This document shows, one piece after another, positions 30,753 to 39,489 of a DNA stretch of 64,000 nt (its first letter is position 1; every line of letters starts with the position of its first letter). This DNA is from an uncultured Verrucomicrobiae bacterium. Lineage in GTDB: Bacteria > Verrucomicrobiota > Verrucomicrobiia > Chthoniobacterales > JAFAMB01. The DNA is taken from NCBI GenBank assembly GCA_963813025.1, contig CAWEXO010000013.1, positions 160,001 to 224,000 of the forward strand, written 5' to 3'. The notes under the pieces are model-generated. The model was not told the DNA's origin. It saw nothing but the letters and a program-made list of their open reading frames with translations, and did no database searches. Position numbers and translations under genes: made by a program.

Positions 30753-31322
30753 TCAAATGATTTCTGCCCGATTGTAAAGATTCATCGCGGATACGATCCC
30801 CTCCCGAAGCACGTGCCGGATGGCTTCGACCGCCCGGCTTACGCCGGTTTCCACCGCCGATTTCTCTTCAGCGCTGAATTTCCCAAGTACGTGGTCGACA
30901 AGTTCATTGCCGCCGGCTACCGCCCCAATGCCCACCCGCAGCCGCATAAAGGATTCACCGAGATGCTCGATAACCGATTTCAGCCCATTGTGTCCACCAT
31001 CGCTGCCACCTTGGCGAAGACGCAATCGGCCGAGCGGTAAGGCGGCGTCATCGCTAACTACCAGCACCTGTTCCGGAGCGATCTTGTAATACTGGGCCAG
31101 TGGGCCGAGGGCGTCTCCACTGCGGTTCATAAACGTCATCGGCTTAACCAGCAGGACGTCACCCCAGCGGGCAAGGCACGCATGCCAGACTGATTTTTCG
31201 GCAAAAAGGACCTTATCCGCTTCAGCCAGATGATCCAGAACCATAAAACCAATATTGTGCCGGGTATGCGCGTACTGGCCTCCCGGATTGCCCAAGCCGG
31301 CAACCAGACGAAGCTCAGTCAT
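30753..31322 (-). CDS. pth: Peptidyl-tRNA hydrolase
   Basis: GLGNPG..Y..TRHNIGF, KP.TFMN.SG, GGHNGLKS, RLRVGIG. Confidence 0.97.
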   Translation of the reverse strand: MTELRLVAGLGNPGGQYAHTRHNIGFMVLDHLAEADKVLFAEKSVWHACLARWGDVLLVKPMTFMNRSGDALGPLAQYYKIAPEQVLVVSDDAALPLGRLRLRQGGSDGGHNGLKSVIEHLGESFMRLRVGIGAVAGGNELVDHVLGKFSAEEKSAVETGVSRAVEAIRHVLREGIVSAMNLYNRAEII

Positions 31323-31327
31323 AAGCC

Positions 31328-31996
31328 TCAACCCGCGGAACCCTCTGCCGCGCCCTCCTCTTTCTTGGCCGTAATTACCTCCGGGGCAGTTACCGGCGCT
31401 TCAGCTACCGTTTCCTCGGCTTCCACCCGCGGCTCCACCACGGCCACCACCGTCAGTTCACCGTCGTTCAGGGCTTTGACCCCGTCCGGCAGCCGCAAGT
31501 CACGCACATGCACCGAATCGCCTACGTTCAGATTGGACACATCGACATGGATCGCTTCCGGCAAGTCTTTCGGCAGACATTCCACTTCCAATCGCCGTAA
31601 AATATGCTCCAGCAACCCACCGAACGTCTTCACCCCGACCGCTTCACCGACCGTTTCAATCGATACCTCTGCCGAGACTTTCTCGGTGGCGGAAACCGCC
31701 TGGAAATCGACGTGCAGCAGTGCTGGCTGAAGCGGGTGATGTTGAACCTCCTGGATCAAGGCAAGCGCGCTCGTCCTGGCCGCGCCATCGACGATCTCGA
31801 GTTCGACCAGAATGTTTTCCCCAGCGCCATGCGAGAGCACCGTCTTGAGCTCACGCCCTTCCACTTCAAGTGGTACCGCTGCTTGATTCGCGCCATAAAT
31901 AATGCCGGGAACCAAGCCGCGGCGGCGTAGCCCCTTAATGTGATTGCGGCCAGTGACGGCTCGTCGATGCACGGTTAACTTCGCTTGTTGTGCCAT
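31328..31996 (-). CDS. rplY: 50S ribosomal protein L25 / Ctc
   Basis: LRR.G.VPG.IYG, VQHHP.....HVDF, GVK.FGG.L, C-terminal Ctc domain. Confidence 0.95.
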   Translation of the reverse strand: MAQQAKLTVHRRAVTGRNHIKGLRRRGLVPGIIYGANQAAVPLEVEGRELKTVLSHGAGENILVELEIVDGAARTSALALIQEVQHHPLQPALLHVDFQAVSATEKVSAEVSIETVGEAVGVKTFGGLLEHILRRLEVECLPKDLPEAIHVDVSNLNVGDSVHVRDLRLPDGVKALNDGELTVVAVVEPRVEAEETVAEAPVTAPEVITAKKEEGAAEGSAG

Positions 31997-32002
31997 GTTT
32001 GC

Positions 32003-32965
32003 TTACTTCGTAGTCGCGTTTATTTCAAAAAGTGAGCTGACTGATTCGTTCGTGTAAATCCGCTGGATACCCTCACCGAGAAGCTCCGCCACGGAAAGCA
32101 CCGTGATTCGACAGGACGGGTCCAACAGGACCGGAGTAGTATTTGTCGTGATCAGTTCCAGAATCTCAGAATTCTTTAATCGTTCGTGCGCAATGCTCGT
32201 GAATACCGCATGAGTCACCCCGGCGTAAATATCGCGGGCACCCTGCTTTTTCAGAAGGGCGGCGGCGCTCGTCAGAGTGCCAGCCGTTTCGGTGAGATCG
32301 TCGACCATTAACACATTTTTTCCATCCACATCGCCGATCACCTGGAGAGCTTCTGTTTCGGTGGGACTGCGGCGGCGTTTGGCGACGGTGGCAAAGGTCG
32401 CGCCGAGCGCGTCGGCATAGACCGAGGCAAGCTTCAGGCCGCCAACGTCCGGTGACACCACGACCAAGTTATCAATATTCTTTTGCCGAATGTACCGGAG
32501 GAGAACGGGAGCGGCGTAAAGGTGGTCGACCGGAATATCAAAAAAGCCTTGAATTTGTTGCGCGTGCAGGTCGATCGTCAGAATCCGGTTCGCGCCGGCG
32601 GCGTCCAACAGATTGGCGACGAGCTTCGCGGTGATCGGCACTCTCGGCTGATCTTTTCTGTCTTGCCGGGCATAACCGAAGTAAGGTATCACCGCGGTAA
32701 TGCGATAAGCGCTGGCTCGTCGGGCTGCATCGATCATGATCAGCAACTCCATCAGGTTCTGATTAGTCGGTGGGCAGGTCGGTTGGACGATGAAAACATC
32801 GCGACCGCGAATATTTTCGTCGATTTTGATCCGCGTTTCGCCGTCCGGAAAGGAGTTCACGCTGGCTTCGCCGAGAGGCGCGCCGACGGACTGGCAAATT
32901 TTTAGCGCGAGCTCGCGGTGAGCGCGCCCGGAAAAAATTCGCATCTCGCGATTAAACGGAGTCAT
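32003..32965 (-). CDS. prs: Ribose-phosphate pyrophosphokinase
   Basis: FPDGE, PYFGYARQDRK, DLHA.QIQGFF, VSPD.GG, VDDLTETAGT. Confidence 0.98.
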   Translation of the reverse strand: MTPFNREMRIFSGRAHRELALKICQSVGAPLGEASVNSFPDGETRIKIDENIRGRDVFIVQPTCPPTNQNLMELLIMIDAARRASAYRITAVIPYFGYARQDRKDQPRVPITAKLVANLLDAAGANRILTIDLHAQQIQGFFDIPVDHLYAAPVLLRYIRQKNIDNLVVVSPDVGGLKLASVYADALGATFATVAKRRRSPTETEALQVIGDVDGKNVLMVDDLTETAGTLTSAAALLKKQGARDIYAGVTHAVFTSIAHERLKNSEILELITTNTTPVLLDPSCRITVLSVAELLGEGIQRIYTNESVSSLFEINATTK

Positions 32966-33091
32966 AGCAAGGCAAGAAGAACCGGGAAAATAGTGCGGAA
33001 CGGCAAATTTACAAATGCGATACGTGGGAAATTTTCTGAGGAGGCGGGCCAGCGCATAGCGTAGGCCTCAAATCGTGGCTCCCGCACGGCG

Positions 33092-33248
33092 GGAACTTGT
33101 CGCGCCATAGCCCCGCGAAGCGGGTTGAAGGCGGACGGGCCTCGTCCGTATTGCGCTCAGGCGCAAGAAAATGGCCAAACTCCACTGCGGACCGGGCTGT
33201 CCGCCCTCCTCTCCGCTGCGGAGGACTAAGGCGCGCAAAGTTCCGCGC
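33092..33248. repeat. Inverted pair (BIME-like) of the CGGAC..GTCCGCC..GGCG..AAGTTCC repeat
   Basis: Copy on - at 33092-33152 and copy on + at 33187-33248; both align to 9143-9203. Confidence 0.7.
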
Positions 33249-33260
33249 CACATCCGCGTC

Positions 33261-33794
33261 TTAACTCCCGGCTGCCTTCTTGCCGTCAAGCACAGCGAGA
33301 ACATCCCGTGCCTGCTTATCAGTCGCGGCGTGAGTATCAAACCAGACAAGCTTGCCCTGTTTAAAAAGATACGCTTGCCGGGAATCCAGGCTGTTTTTAA
33401 TCAAAGGAACGCCGAAAGCATTGCTCACCCGATGATCGACGTCCGATATCAGAGTGAAAGGCAGATGGTCTTTTTCCTTAAACTCGCTTTGGCTGGCAAC
33501 TGGATCGACGCTGACGCCCAATATTTTGACGCCGCGATTTTGGAGCTCCGTATAGGAGTCCCGCAGGCTGCATGCCTGCGCCGTGCAACCGGGGCTCATG
33601 GCCTTCGGATAAAAGTAAACCAGCAAATATCCACTTTGCGCCTGTTCCGGGAAACTCACCTGGGAACCGTCTTGCGCGGTGGCCGAAATATTGGGAATCG
33701 GACTGCCCAGCTGCAGCTTGGTATCCGTGGCACACCAAGCCGTTCCCAAGCCGAGCAGCAGCGCGATGGCGGAAAGAAAAGACGTTCGGTTCAT
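33261..33794 (-). CDS. bcp: Peroxiredoxin, BCP/PrxQ family, with signal peptide
   Basis: YFYPKA.SPGCTAQAC, ILGVSVD, LPFTLISD; hydrophobic N-terminus. Confidence 0.88.
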   Translation of the reverse strand: MNRTSFLSAIALLLGLGTAWCATDTKLQLGSPIPNISATAQDGSQVSFPEQAQSGYLLVYFYPKAMSPGCTAQACSLRDSYTELQNRGVKILGVSVDPVASQSEFKEKDHLPFTLISDVDHRVSNAFGVPLIKNSLDSRQAYLFKQGKLVWFDTHAATDKQARDVLAVLDGKKAAGS

Positions 33795-33871
33795 AGCCAA
33801 TCTTCACTTAATCCCTGTTCTGGCGCAACCCTTCGGCCGGCGACGTCATCGTTATATATGGCGCACTAGCT

Positions 33872-34489
33872 TTATTTGTTCGCCACTTGCGACTCCTCAC
33901 CGGCTCCGCTGATCGCCTCCAGAAATCCTCGCAGATAGGCCGGAGGGAGATAAACGTAGAGGATACCGGTTCCTGGGATCGATCCGGAAACATAGAGCCT
34001 GAGACCGGTGGAAAGATGTTGTTCCAGATAGCCAGACGAGAGATCGATTCTTGCCGATGTTTTCGCGCCGCTCACTTCCCTCTCGCGAGGAGAGTTGGCG
34101 TCGCAGTCCAGTTCCTCGCCCGCGATGTCCCTGGCTCGCTCGAGGGGGTACCAACGGCACGACTGGACGACAACATCCAGGGCTGCTCCCTCGGGATATC
34201 CGTTCAACAGCGAAGCTGAAAGCGAGGCGAAAACGCCATCAGCGTGAATCGGGTTGTAGATGGGCTCGTTCAGGGTTGAAGTCGGAAAGGCCGAACCTTT
34301 GGCTGTCATACCGACCCAGGGACCGTAGGCGACAGTTCCCGATGGCGTGTGGTTGTAGCGCACCTTTCCGCCGACCTCGCGCGGGTCGGTCTCGAGACCA
34401 ACCTGATTCCAGGGCGCGCAACTCACGAAAAACGAACTCAGGACCAGGCTCGCCAGCGCGGCTCTGGGGAATCGGGCTTGTGCGAACAT
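33872..34489 (-). CDS. Hypothetical lipoprotein
   Basis: Signal-like N-terminus ending in FVSC; fills the gap co-directionally; no family recognised. Confidence 0.6.
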   Translation of the reverse strand: MFAQARFPRAALASLVLSSFFVSCAPWNQVGLETDPREVGGKVRYNHTPSGTVAYGPWVGMTAKGSAFPTSTLNEPIYNPIHADGVFASLSASLLNGYPEGAALDVVVQSCRWYPLERARDIAGEELDCDANSPREREVSGAKTSARIDLSSGYLEQHLSTGLRLYVSGSIPGTGILYVYLPPAYLRGFLEAISGAGEESQVANK

Positions 34490-34566
34490 ACGCCGATGTT
34501 AGGCGCTTCACGTCTAACCTTCAACGTTCAACGCCGCGAAGATCGGGACGTGCCCAATTGTTTGTC

Positions 34567-35292
34567 TCACGCCCTCCGGATTTCGATGTCTGAGAAGATG
34601 TTATGCTGTGAGACCAGAAGCTGTTTGAGCCTGATTAACTCCAGAAGGGCGAGGAAGGTGACCACGATTTCGGTGCGCGAAGCAGCGGCGGTGAAAAGGT
34701 CCGAAAAAGAAATTGGACAGTCCCGATCGGTAATTTGCAGAAGCTGTTCGATTTTTGCCGAGACAGTAAAATTCTCTTCAAAAATCTCCCGCAGATCTTC
34801 CCGCTTGTTTTCCAGGCGCCGCAGCGCTTTCTGCAACGCGTTGATCAGATCAAAAATGCTGATTTCGGAGGCAAGCAGCGGACCGGCGTCGGCTAAATCG
34901 GGTTTGCCTGGGAACCGCGCATGAAGACGTTCCTGGGCGAGTTCCCGTTGCTGCAGCTCTCCCGCGGCGTCCTTGAATTTTTTGTATTCGATGAGTTGCC
35001 GAATTAGTTCCCAGCGCGGATCCTCTTCTTCGGCGTCTTCCTCGGGCGCCTGCTGGTGGACCGGGAGAAGGCTCCGGCTTTTGATGTACATCAAATTGGC
35101 CGCCATGAGGACGAATTCGCCGGCAATCTCCAGATCAAGCATGTGGAAATTATCGAGATACTCCAGATATTGGCCGGTGATCTTTTCCAAGGTGACATCG
35201 TAGATGGCCACCTCTTCTTTTTTTATCAGATAGAGGAGCAGGTCGAGTGGGCCTTCAAAAACGTCCAGCTTAACCTTGTAATCGTTATCCAT
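34567..35292 (-). CDS. scpA: Segregation and condensation protein A
   Basis: FEGPLDLLLYLI, EF..MAA.L..IKS..LLP, VTFLALLEL. Confidence 0.96.
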   Translation of the reverse strand: MDNDYKVKLDVFEGPLDLLLYLIKKEEVAIYDVTLEKITGQYLEYLDNFHMLDLEIAGEFVLMAANLMYIKSRSLLPVHQQAPEEDAEEEDPRWELIRQLIEYKKFKDAAGELQQRELAQERLHARFPGKPDLADAGPLLASEISIFDLINALQKALRRLENKREDLREIFEENFTVSAKIEQLLQITDRDCPISFSDLFTAAASRTEIVVTFLALLELIRLKQLLVSQHNIFSDIEIRRA

Positions 35293-35344
35293 TCAGGGGA
35301 CCCCGGGAGGGCTTCGGTGTGGCTTAATACCAGGAATCGAATTC

Positions 35345-35725
35345 TCATCCTTTCCATAAAATAGCCTGAGCGACCGCATAATCTTGAGTATGACTCAAGC
35401 TCACGAAAACCTCCGTTATCCCTGATCGGCCGGCCAACTCCGCTGCGCCCGCGTGCAGCACGACAAAGGGTTCGCCGTTCGCCTTCCGTCGCACTTCAAT
35501 GTCTTTCCAATTGATCGACCCGGAAAACCCGGTGCCGAGCGCTTTGGCCACCGCTTCTTTGGCGGCGAAACGGGCGGCAAAGTGGGTCGCTGGTTCTTTC
35601 ATCGAACGGCAGTAATCGACTTCGGATTGAAAGAAAATCTTTTCGAGAAAGCGTTGGCCATGCCGGCGAATGGCATCCGCTATCCGCCCAATTTCAACAA
35701 CATCAATACCAATTCCGAAAATCAT
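35345..35725 (-). CDS. acpS: Holo-ACP synthase
   Basis: GIGIDVVE, ARFAAKEA..KALGTG, VSLSH. Confidence 0.96.
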   Translation of the reverse strand: MIFGIGIDVVEIGRIADAIRRHGQRFLEKIFFQSEVDYCRSMKEPATHFAARFAAKEAVAKALGTGFSGSINWKDIEVRRKANGEPFVVLHAGAAELAGRSGITEVFVSLSHTQDYAVAQAILWKG

Positions 35726-36462
35726 CGACCGGCTTGCAGACGAGCCAGCATTTCGCGCACGGCGTTTTCCAACCCGGCGAAAATGGCTCGAGAAACGATC
35801 GAGTGTCCAATGTTAAACTCGCTCCAAAAAGGAATCCGCAATAGCAGATGGACATTGTGGTAATTGATTCCGTGCCCGGCATTCACCAGCAGCCCTTTCT
35901 CGTGAGCCAATCGAGCGGCCGCTTCCAGCCGGGCGAGTTCATCATTTTTGAAATCGTCCAGAGCATTGGCAAAAGCGCCGGTATGCAGCTCGACCGCGTC
36001 GGCGCCGAGATCGGCCGAAGCCTGGATCTCCTGGGCATTGGGCTTAATAAACATGCTGACGCGAATACCCGCGGCGCTGAGGCGTTCGACGGATTTTCGA
36101 AGCGCTTTGGCATTGCGGACCACCTCGAGACCGCCTTCTGTAGTCACTTCCTGGCGATTTTCCGGTACCAGGCAAACGTCATCGGGAAGGACGCGCAGAG
36201 CTGTTTCGAGTATCTCGGGTGTATTGGCCATTTCCAGATTTAACTTGGTCACCAGGCTTTTCCGGAGGCGGAAGACGTCCCGATCCTGAATATGGCGGCG
36301 ATCCGCTCGCAAATGCACGGTGATCCCGTGAGCGCCGGCTCGCTCGCAAGCGGACGCCGCCTGCAGCACGTCGGGTTCGCTGTTGATCGAGTCGCTCATT
36401 TCGGCATAGCGGGCCTGCCGAAGGGTGGCTACATGGTCGATGTTAACTCCTAAGCGTATCAC
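35722..36462 (-). CDS. pdxJ: Pyridoxine 5'-phosphate synthase
   Basis: LGVNIDHVATLRQAR, HLR.DRRHI, VPE.R.E.TTEGG, VELHTG, NAGHG, NIGHSI; GTG start at 36462. Confidence 0.97.
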   Translation of the reverse strand: MIRLGVNIDHVATLRQARYAEMSDSINSEPDVLQAASACERAGAHGITVHLRADRRHIQDRDVFRLRKSLVTKLNLEMANTPEILETALRVLPDDVCLVPENRQEVTTEGGLEVVRNAKALRKSVERLSAAGIRVSMFIKPNAQEIQASADLGADAVELHTGAFANALDDFKNDELARLEAAARLAHEKGLLVNAGHGINYHNVHLLLRIPFWSEFNIGHSIVSRAIFAGLENAVREMLARLQAGR

Positions 36463-36475
36463 AAGGAAACTTAAG

Positions 36476-36575
36476 CACGTTTCGCGTTTCACGTTTCACG
36501 TTAACCAGGAAAGATCCCCATACGCGAAACGCGGGACCCGAAGCTCGAGACGTCAAGCGCGAAACGTGAAACGTG
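36476..36575. repeat. CACGTTT/AAACGTG heptamer palindrome
   Basis: cacgttt cgcgttt cacgttt cacgtt ... gcgaaac gtgaaac gtg between purH and pdxJ; same family as 2638 and 26303. Confidence 0.75.
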
Positions 36576-36579
36576 AGCC

Positions 36580-38109
36580 TCAATGCCTGAAGTGTCGGAC
36601 TTCCGTCAACACCATTGTCATCTTGTGTTGGTTGGCCGCTGCGATGATCTCCGCGTCTTTCACCGATCCACCCGGCTGAATCGCGGCCGTTGCTCCGGCG
36701 GCGGCGGCCGCCAGCAGCGCGTCCGGAAACGGAAAAAGGGCATCGCTGGCAACGGCTGAGCCTTTGAGCGACAGGCCAGCTTCGCTCGCTTTCCAGACCG
36801 CAATCCGGGACGCGTCCACCCGGGACATCTGTCCCGCGCCAATCCCCAGGGTGCGGTCTTTGCCGGCCAGCACGATGGCATTTGACTTCACGTGCTTCAC
36901 CACGCGCCAGCCAAACATCATCGCTTTCATCTCATCAGCCGTGGGCGGACGCGTCGTGACGACGTGACGCTCGGGCTGTTTGAAATCGGCGCGATCTTTT
37001 TCCTGCACCAGCAGACCCCCAATGACCGAACGTAGCTCAGGGTCCTGCCGCGTTGGCTCAGCCCAATCGAGCATTTTCATGAGACGTAGGTTCTTCTTCT
37101 TTTGCAGCACGGCCCGCGCTTCCGGCTCGAAGTCCGGCGCAATGATGACTTCGCTGAAAATTTCAGATATCGCCTTCGCCAAGGGCAGCGTCAACGTCCG
37201 GTTGCAAATGATGATCCCGCCGAAGGGAGCTTGTTTATCTGTCGCGAAAGCTTTCAGCCAGGCTTCGCGCAAATCGCTATCCGAGCCGACCCCGCAAGGA
37301 TTGCCGTGTTTCAGTATGGCCACCGTCGGCTCATAGAAATCGGCAATGAGGTTAGCCGCGGCATGAATGTCCAGGATGTTATTGTAAGAGAGCTCCTTGC
37401 CATGGAGCTTCTGGAAGAAATCCTGAAAGTGCCCGTAGAGCGCGGCATGTTGGTGAGGATTCTCCCCGTACCGAAGGCGAGTCTCCAATGGTAACGAAAG
37501 GGCGAAGGAAGCTTCGGTCGATTGTTTGCGGTTGAGATATTCGGCAATGACATGGTCATAACGCGCGGTGGTATTAAAGACTTTGATCGCGAGCCGTTCC
37601 CGAAGCGCCAGAGTGGTCTCGCCGTTATGCATGTCCAGGTCATCCAGTACCATTTTATAGTCATGCGGATCGGTAATCACGGTCACGGAACGGTAGTTTT
37701 TGGCGGCACTCCGCAGCATCGAGGGGCCGCCGATGTCAATCTGTTCAATCGCTTCGGCCAGGGTTACCTCGGGCTTGGCAATGGTCTCTTCGAATGGATA
37801 AAGGTTAACGACCACCAGATCGATCGGCTGAATCCCGCTGTCTTCGGCTTCGCGTTGGTGGTCCGGATTATCGCGAACAAAGAGCAGTCCGCCGTGCACC
37901 TTCGGGTGAAGGGTCTTGACCCGGCCGCCGAGGATCTCCGGAAAACCGGTATAGTCACCGATCCCCAAATGCGGGATCTTTTCGGCTTTGAGGAGGTTGG
38001 CCGTGCCACCCGTTGAGACGATCTCAATCCCGAGCTCAACCAATCGTTGAACGAACGGAACCAGTCCGGTCTTGTCGGAAACCGAGACCAGCGCGCGTCT
38101 AATCTTCAT
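36580..38109 (-). CDS. purH: Bifunctional AICAR transformylase/IMP cyclohydrolase
   Basis: ALVSVSDKTG, GRVKTLHP, IDIGGP, LRYGENPHQ, KH.NPCG, VKSNAI, GQMSR, RHFRH. Confidence 0.98.
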   Translation of the reverse strand: MKIRRALVSVSDKTGLVPFVQRLVELGIEIVSTGGTANLLKAEKIPHLGIGDYTGFPEILGGRVKTLHPKVHGGLLFVRDNPDHQREAEDSGIQPIDLVVVNLYPFEETIAKPEVTLAEAIEQIDIGGPSMLRSAAKNYRSVTVITDPHDYKMVLDDLDMHNGETTLALRERLAIKVFNTTARYDHVIAEYLNRKQSTEASFALSLPLETRLRYGENPHQHAALYGHFQDFFQKLHGKELSYNNILDIHAAANLIADFYEPTVAILKHGNPCGVGSDSDLREAWLKAFATDKQAPFGGIIICNRTLTLPLAKAISEIFSEVIIAPDFEPEARAVLQKKKNLRLMKMLDWAEPTRQDPELRSVIGGLLVQEKDRADFKQPERHVVTTRPPTADEMKAMMFGWRVVKHVKSNAIVLAGKDRTLGIGAGQMSRVDASRIAVWKASEAGLSLKGSAVASDALFPFPDALLAAAAAGATAAIQPGGSVKDAEIIAAANQHKMTMVLTEVRHFRH

Positions 38110-38295
38110 GGAAAACAAAACCTAACAGGCGGAAAGCCAATGTCGACCCGCGATCCCGGGGAAAAAGGATGCGCCCCGAGACTCGAGTCCCGCGTTCCGC
38201 GTTCCGCGTCCCGAGTGCCGAATGAATATCCCCCTACCTGAATCTTAGCTTGGTTTTTTCTGCGCTCTGCTACATTTCGTCGACTGACGAAAACC

Positions 38296-39486
38296 ATGAA
38301 AAAGCGAGTTTTGATCATGTCGACCAGCGCGGGCACGGGTCATGTGCGAGCCGCACAAGCTTTAGCCAAGGTCTTCGGTGAGCATCCGCAGGTTTCGGAA
38401 GTTGTGCATAGCGATGCGCTGCACTTTACCAATAAGCTTTTTCGAGACTTCTACTCCAAGCTCTATACCAATCTGGTAAAAACGGCGCCGGATTTTCTTG
38501 GGTGGTGGTACAAACAGAGCGATGAACCGTGGAAGACCGACGGCATGAGGCTGATGATGGATCGCCTGAACACCGGCCCATTGGTTAAATTCATTCGCAA
38601 ATTCGATCCACACATCACAGTCTGCACCCATTTCATGCCAGCCGGCATCATTTCGGACCTCATTGCAAAGAAGCAGCTCGATGCGCATCTCTCGATCGTG
38701 GTGACTGACCTGGATTTTCACGCGATGTGGCTTTCCCGGATGTTTCACCGCTATTTTGTCGCGATTGCCGAAACCAAGGTTCACCTGGAAATGTTGGGAC
38801 TTCCGAGCGAGCGAATCACCGTTTCGGGAATACCGATTGACCCGTCCTTTTTGGAGCCGGTGGACCGAACAGTTGTCCGATCTTCCCTGGGCCTGGATCC
38901 AGACCTGCCCGTCCTGCTGCTTTCGGCTGGTGCGCTCGGCGTGGGCCCCGCGGAATTCGTCGTCGAGCGCCTGAAAAGCTTGCGCTCGCAAACCCAGACC
39001 GTCGTTGTCTGTGGGCGCAGTGTCGCGACCAAGGAACGAGTTGAGCGAGCTGTCCAGGATCGACCCGAGAGTTTCCGGGTACTTGGTTACACCGACAAAA
39101 TGGCTGACCTGATGAGGGTTTCCGATCTTTTCATTGGCAAACCCGGCGGGCTGACCACCGCCGAAGCGCTGACCTGTGGTTTGCCAATGGTAATTCTGAA
39201 CCCGATACCCGGGCAGGAAGAACGAAACAGCGATCATCTGCTCGAGGACGGTGTAGCGGTCAAGTGCAACGAACTGACGACCCTCGCTTATAAAATCGAC
39301 GTCTTACTGGACGACCCGAAACGGATGGAAGTGATGCGAAAACGCGCCTATGCGTTGAGCCGGCCAGAGGCCGCTCGAACGATCGTCGAAACGCTGGTAG
39401 CAGACGATCTCCCGCCACTCGAAGTGACCGATGACGACGCCGAGGCGATCACCTTGGCGGCGATCAGAGAGCGAGATCTGCGATAG
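38296..39486 (+). CDS. MGDG-synthase/UgtP-like diacylglycerol glycosyltransferase (GT28)
   Basis: G.GHVRAA.A, CTHF, VVTD...H..W, GIPI, KPGGLT..EA, PIPGQEE.N. Confidence 0.88.
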   Translation: MKKRVLIMSTSAGTGHVRAAQALAKVFGEHPQVSEVVHSDALHFTNKLFRDFYSKLYTNLVKTAPDFLGWWYKQSDEPWKTDGMRLMMDRLNTGPLVKFIRKFDPHITVCTHFMPAGIISDLIAKKQLDAHLSIVVTDLDFHAMWLSRMFHRYFVAIAETKVHLEMLGLPSERITVSGIPIDPSFLEPVDRTVVRSSLGLDPDLPVLLLSAGALGVGPAEFVVERLKSLRSQTQTVVVCGRSVATKERVERAVQDRPESFRVLGYTDKMADLMRVSDLFIGKPGGLTTAEALTCGLPMVILNPIPGQEERNSDHLLEDGVAVKCNELTTLAYKIDVLLDDPKRMEVMRKRAYALSRPEAARTIVETLVADDLPPLEVTDDDAEAITLAAIRERDLR

Positions 39487-39489
39487 AGT

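Noticed and set aside
32966..33260. tRNA gene upstream of prs
   Set aside because: No cloverleaf or GGTTCG T-arm; the region is explained by the inverted repeat pair.
38110..38295. ZMP/ZTP riboswitch upstream of purH
   Set aside because: I could not find the conserved P1/P2 and GCCUGGG pseudoknot pattern; the region is mostly CGCGTTC-type heptamer repeats.
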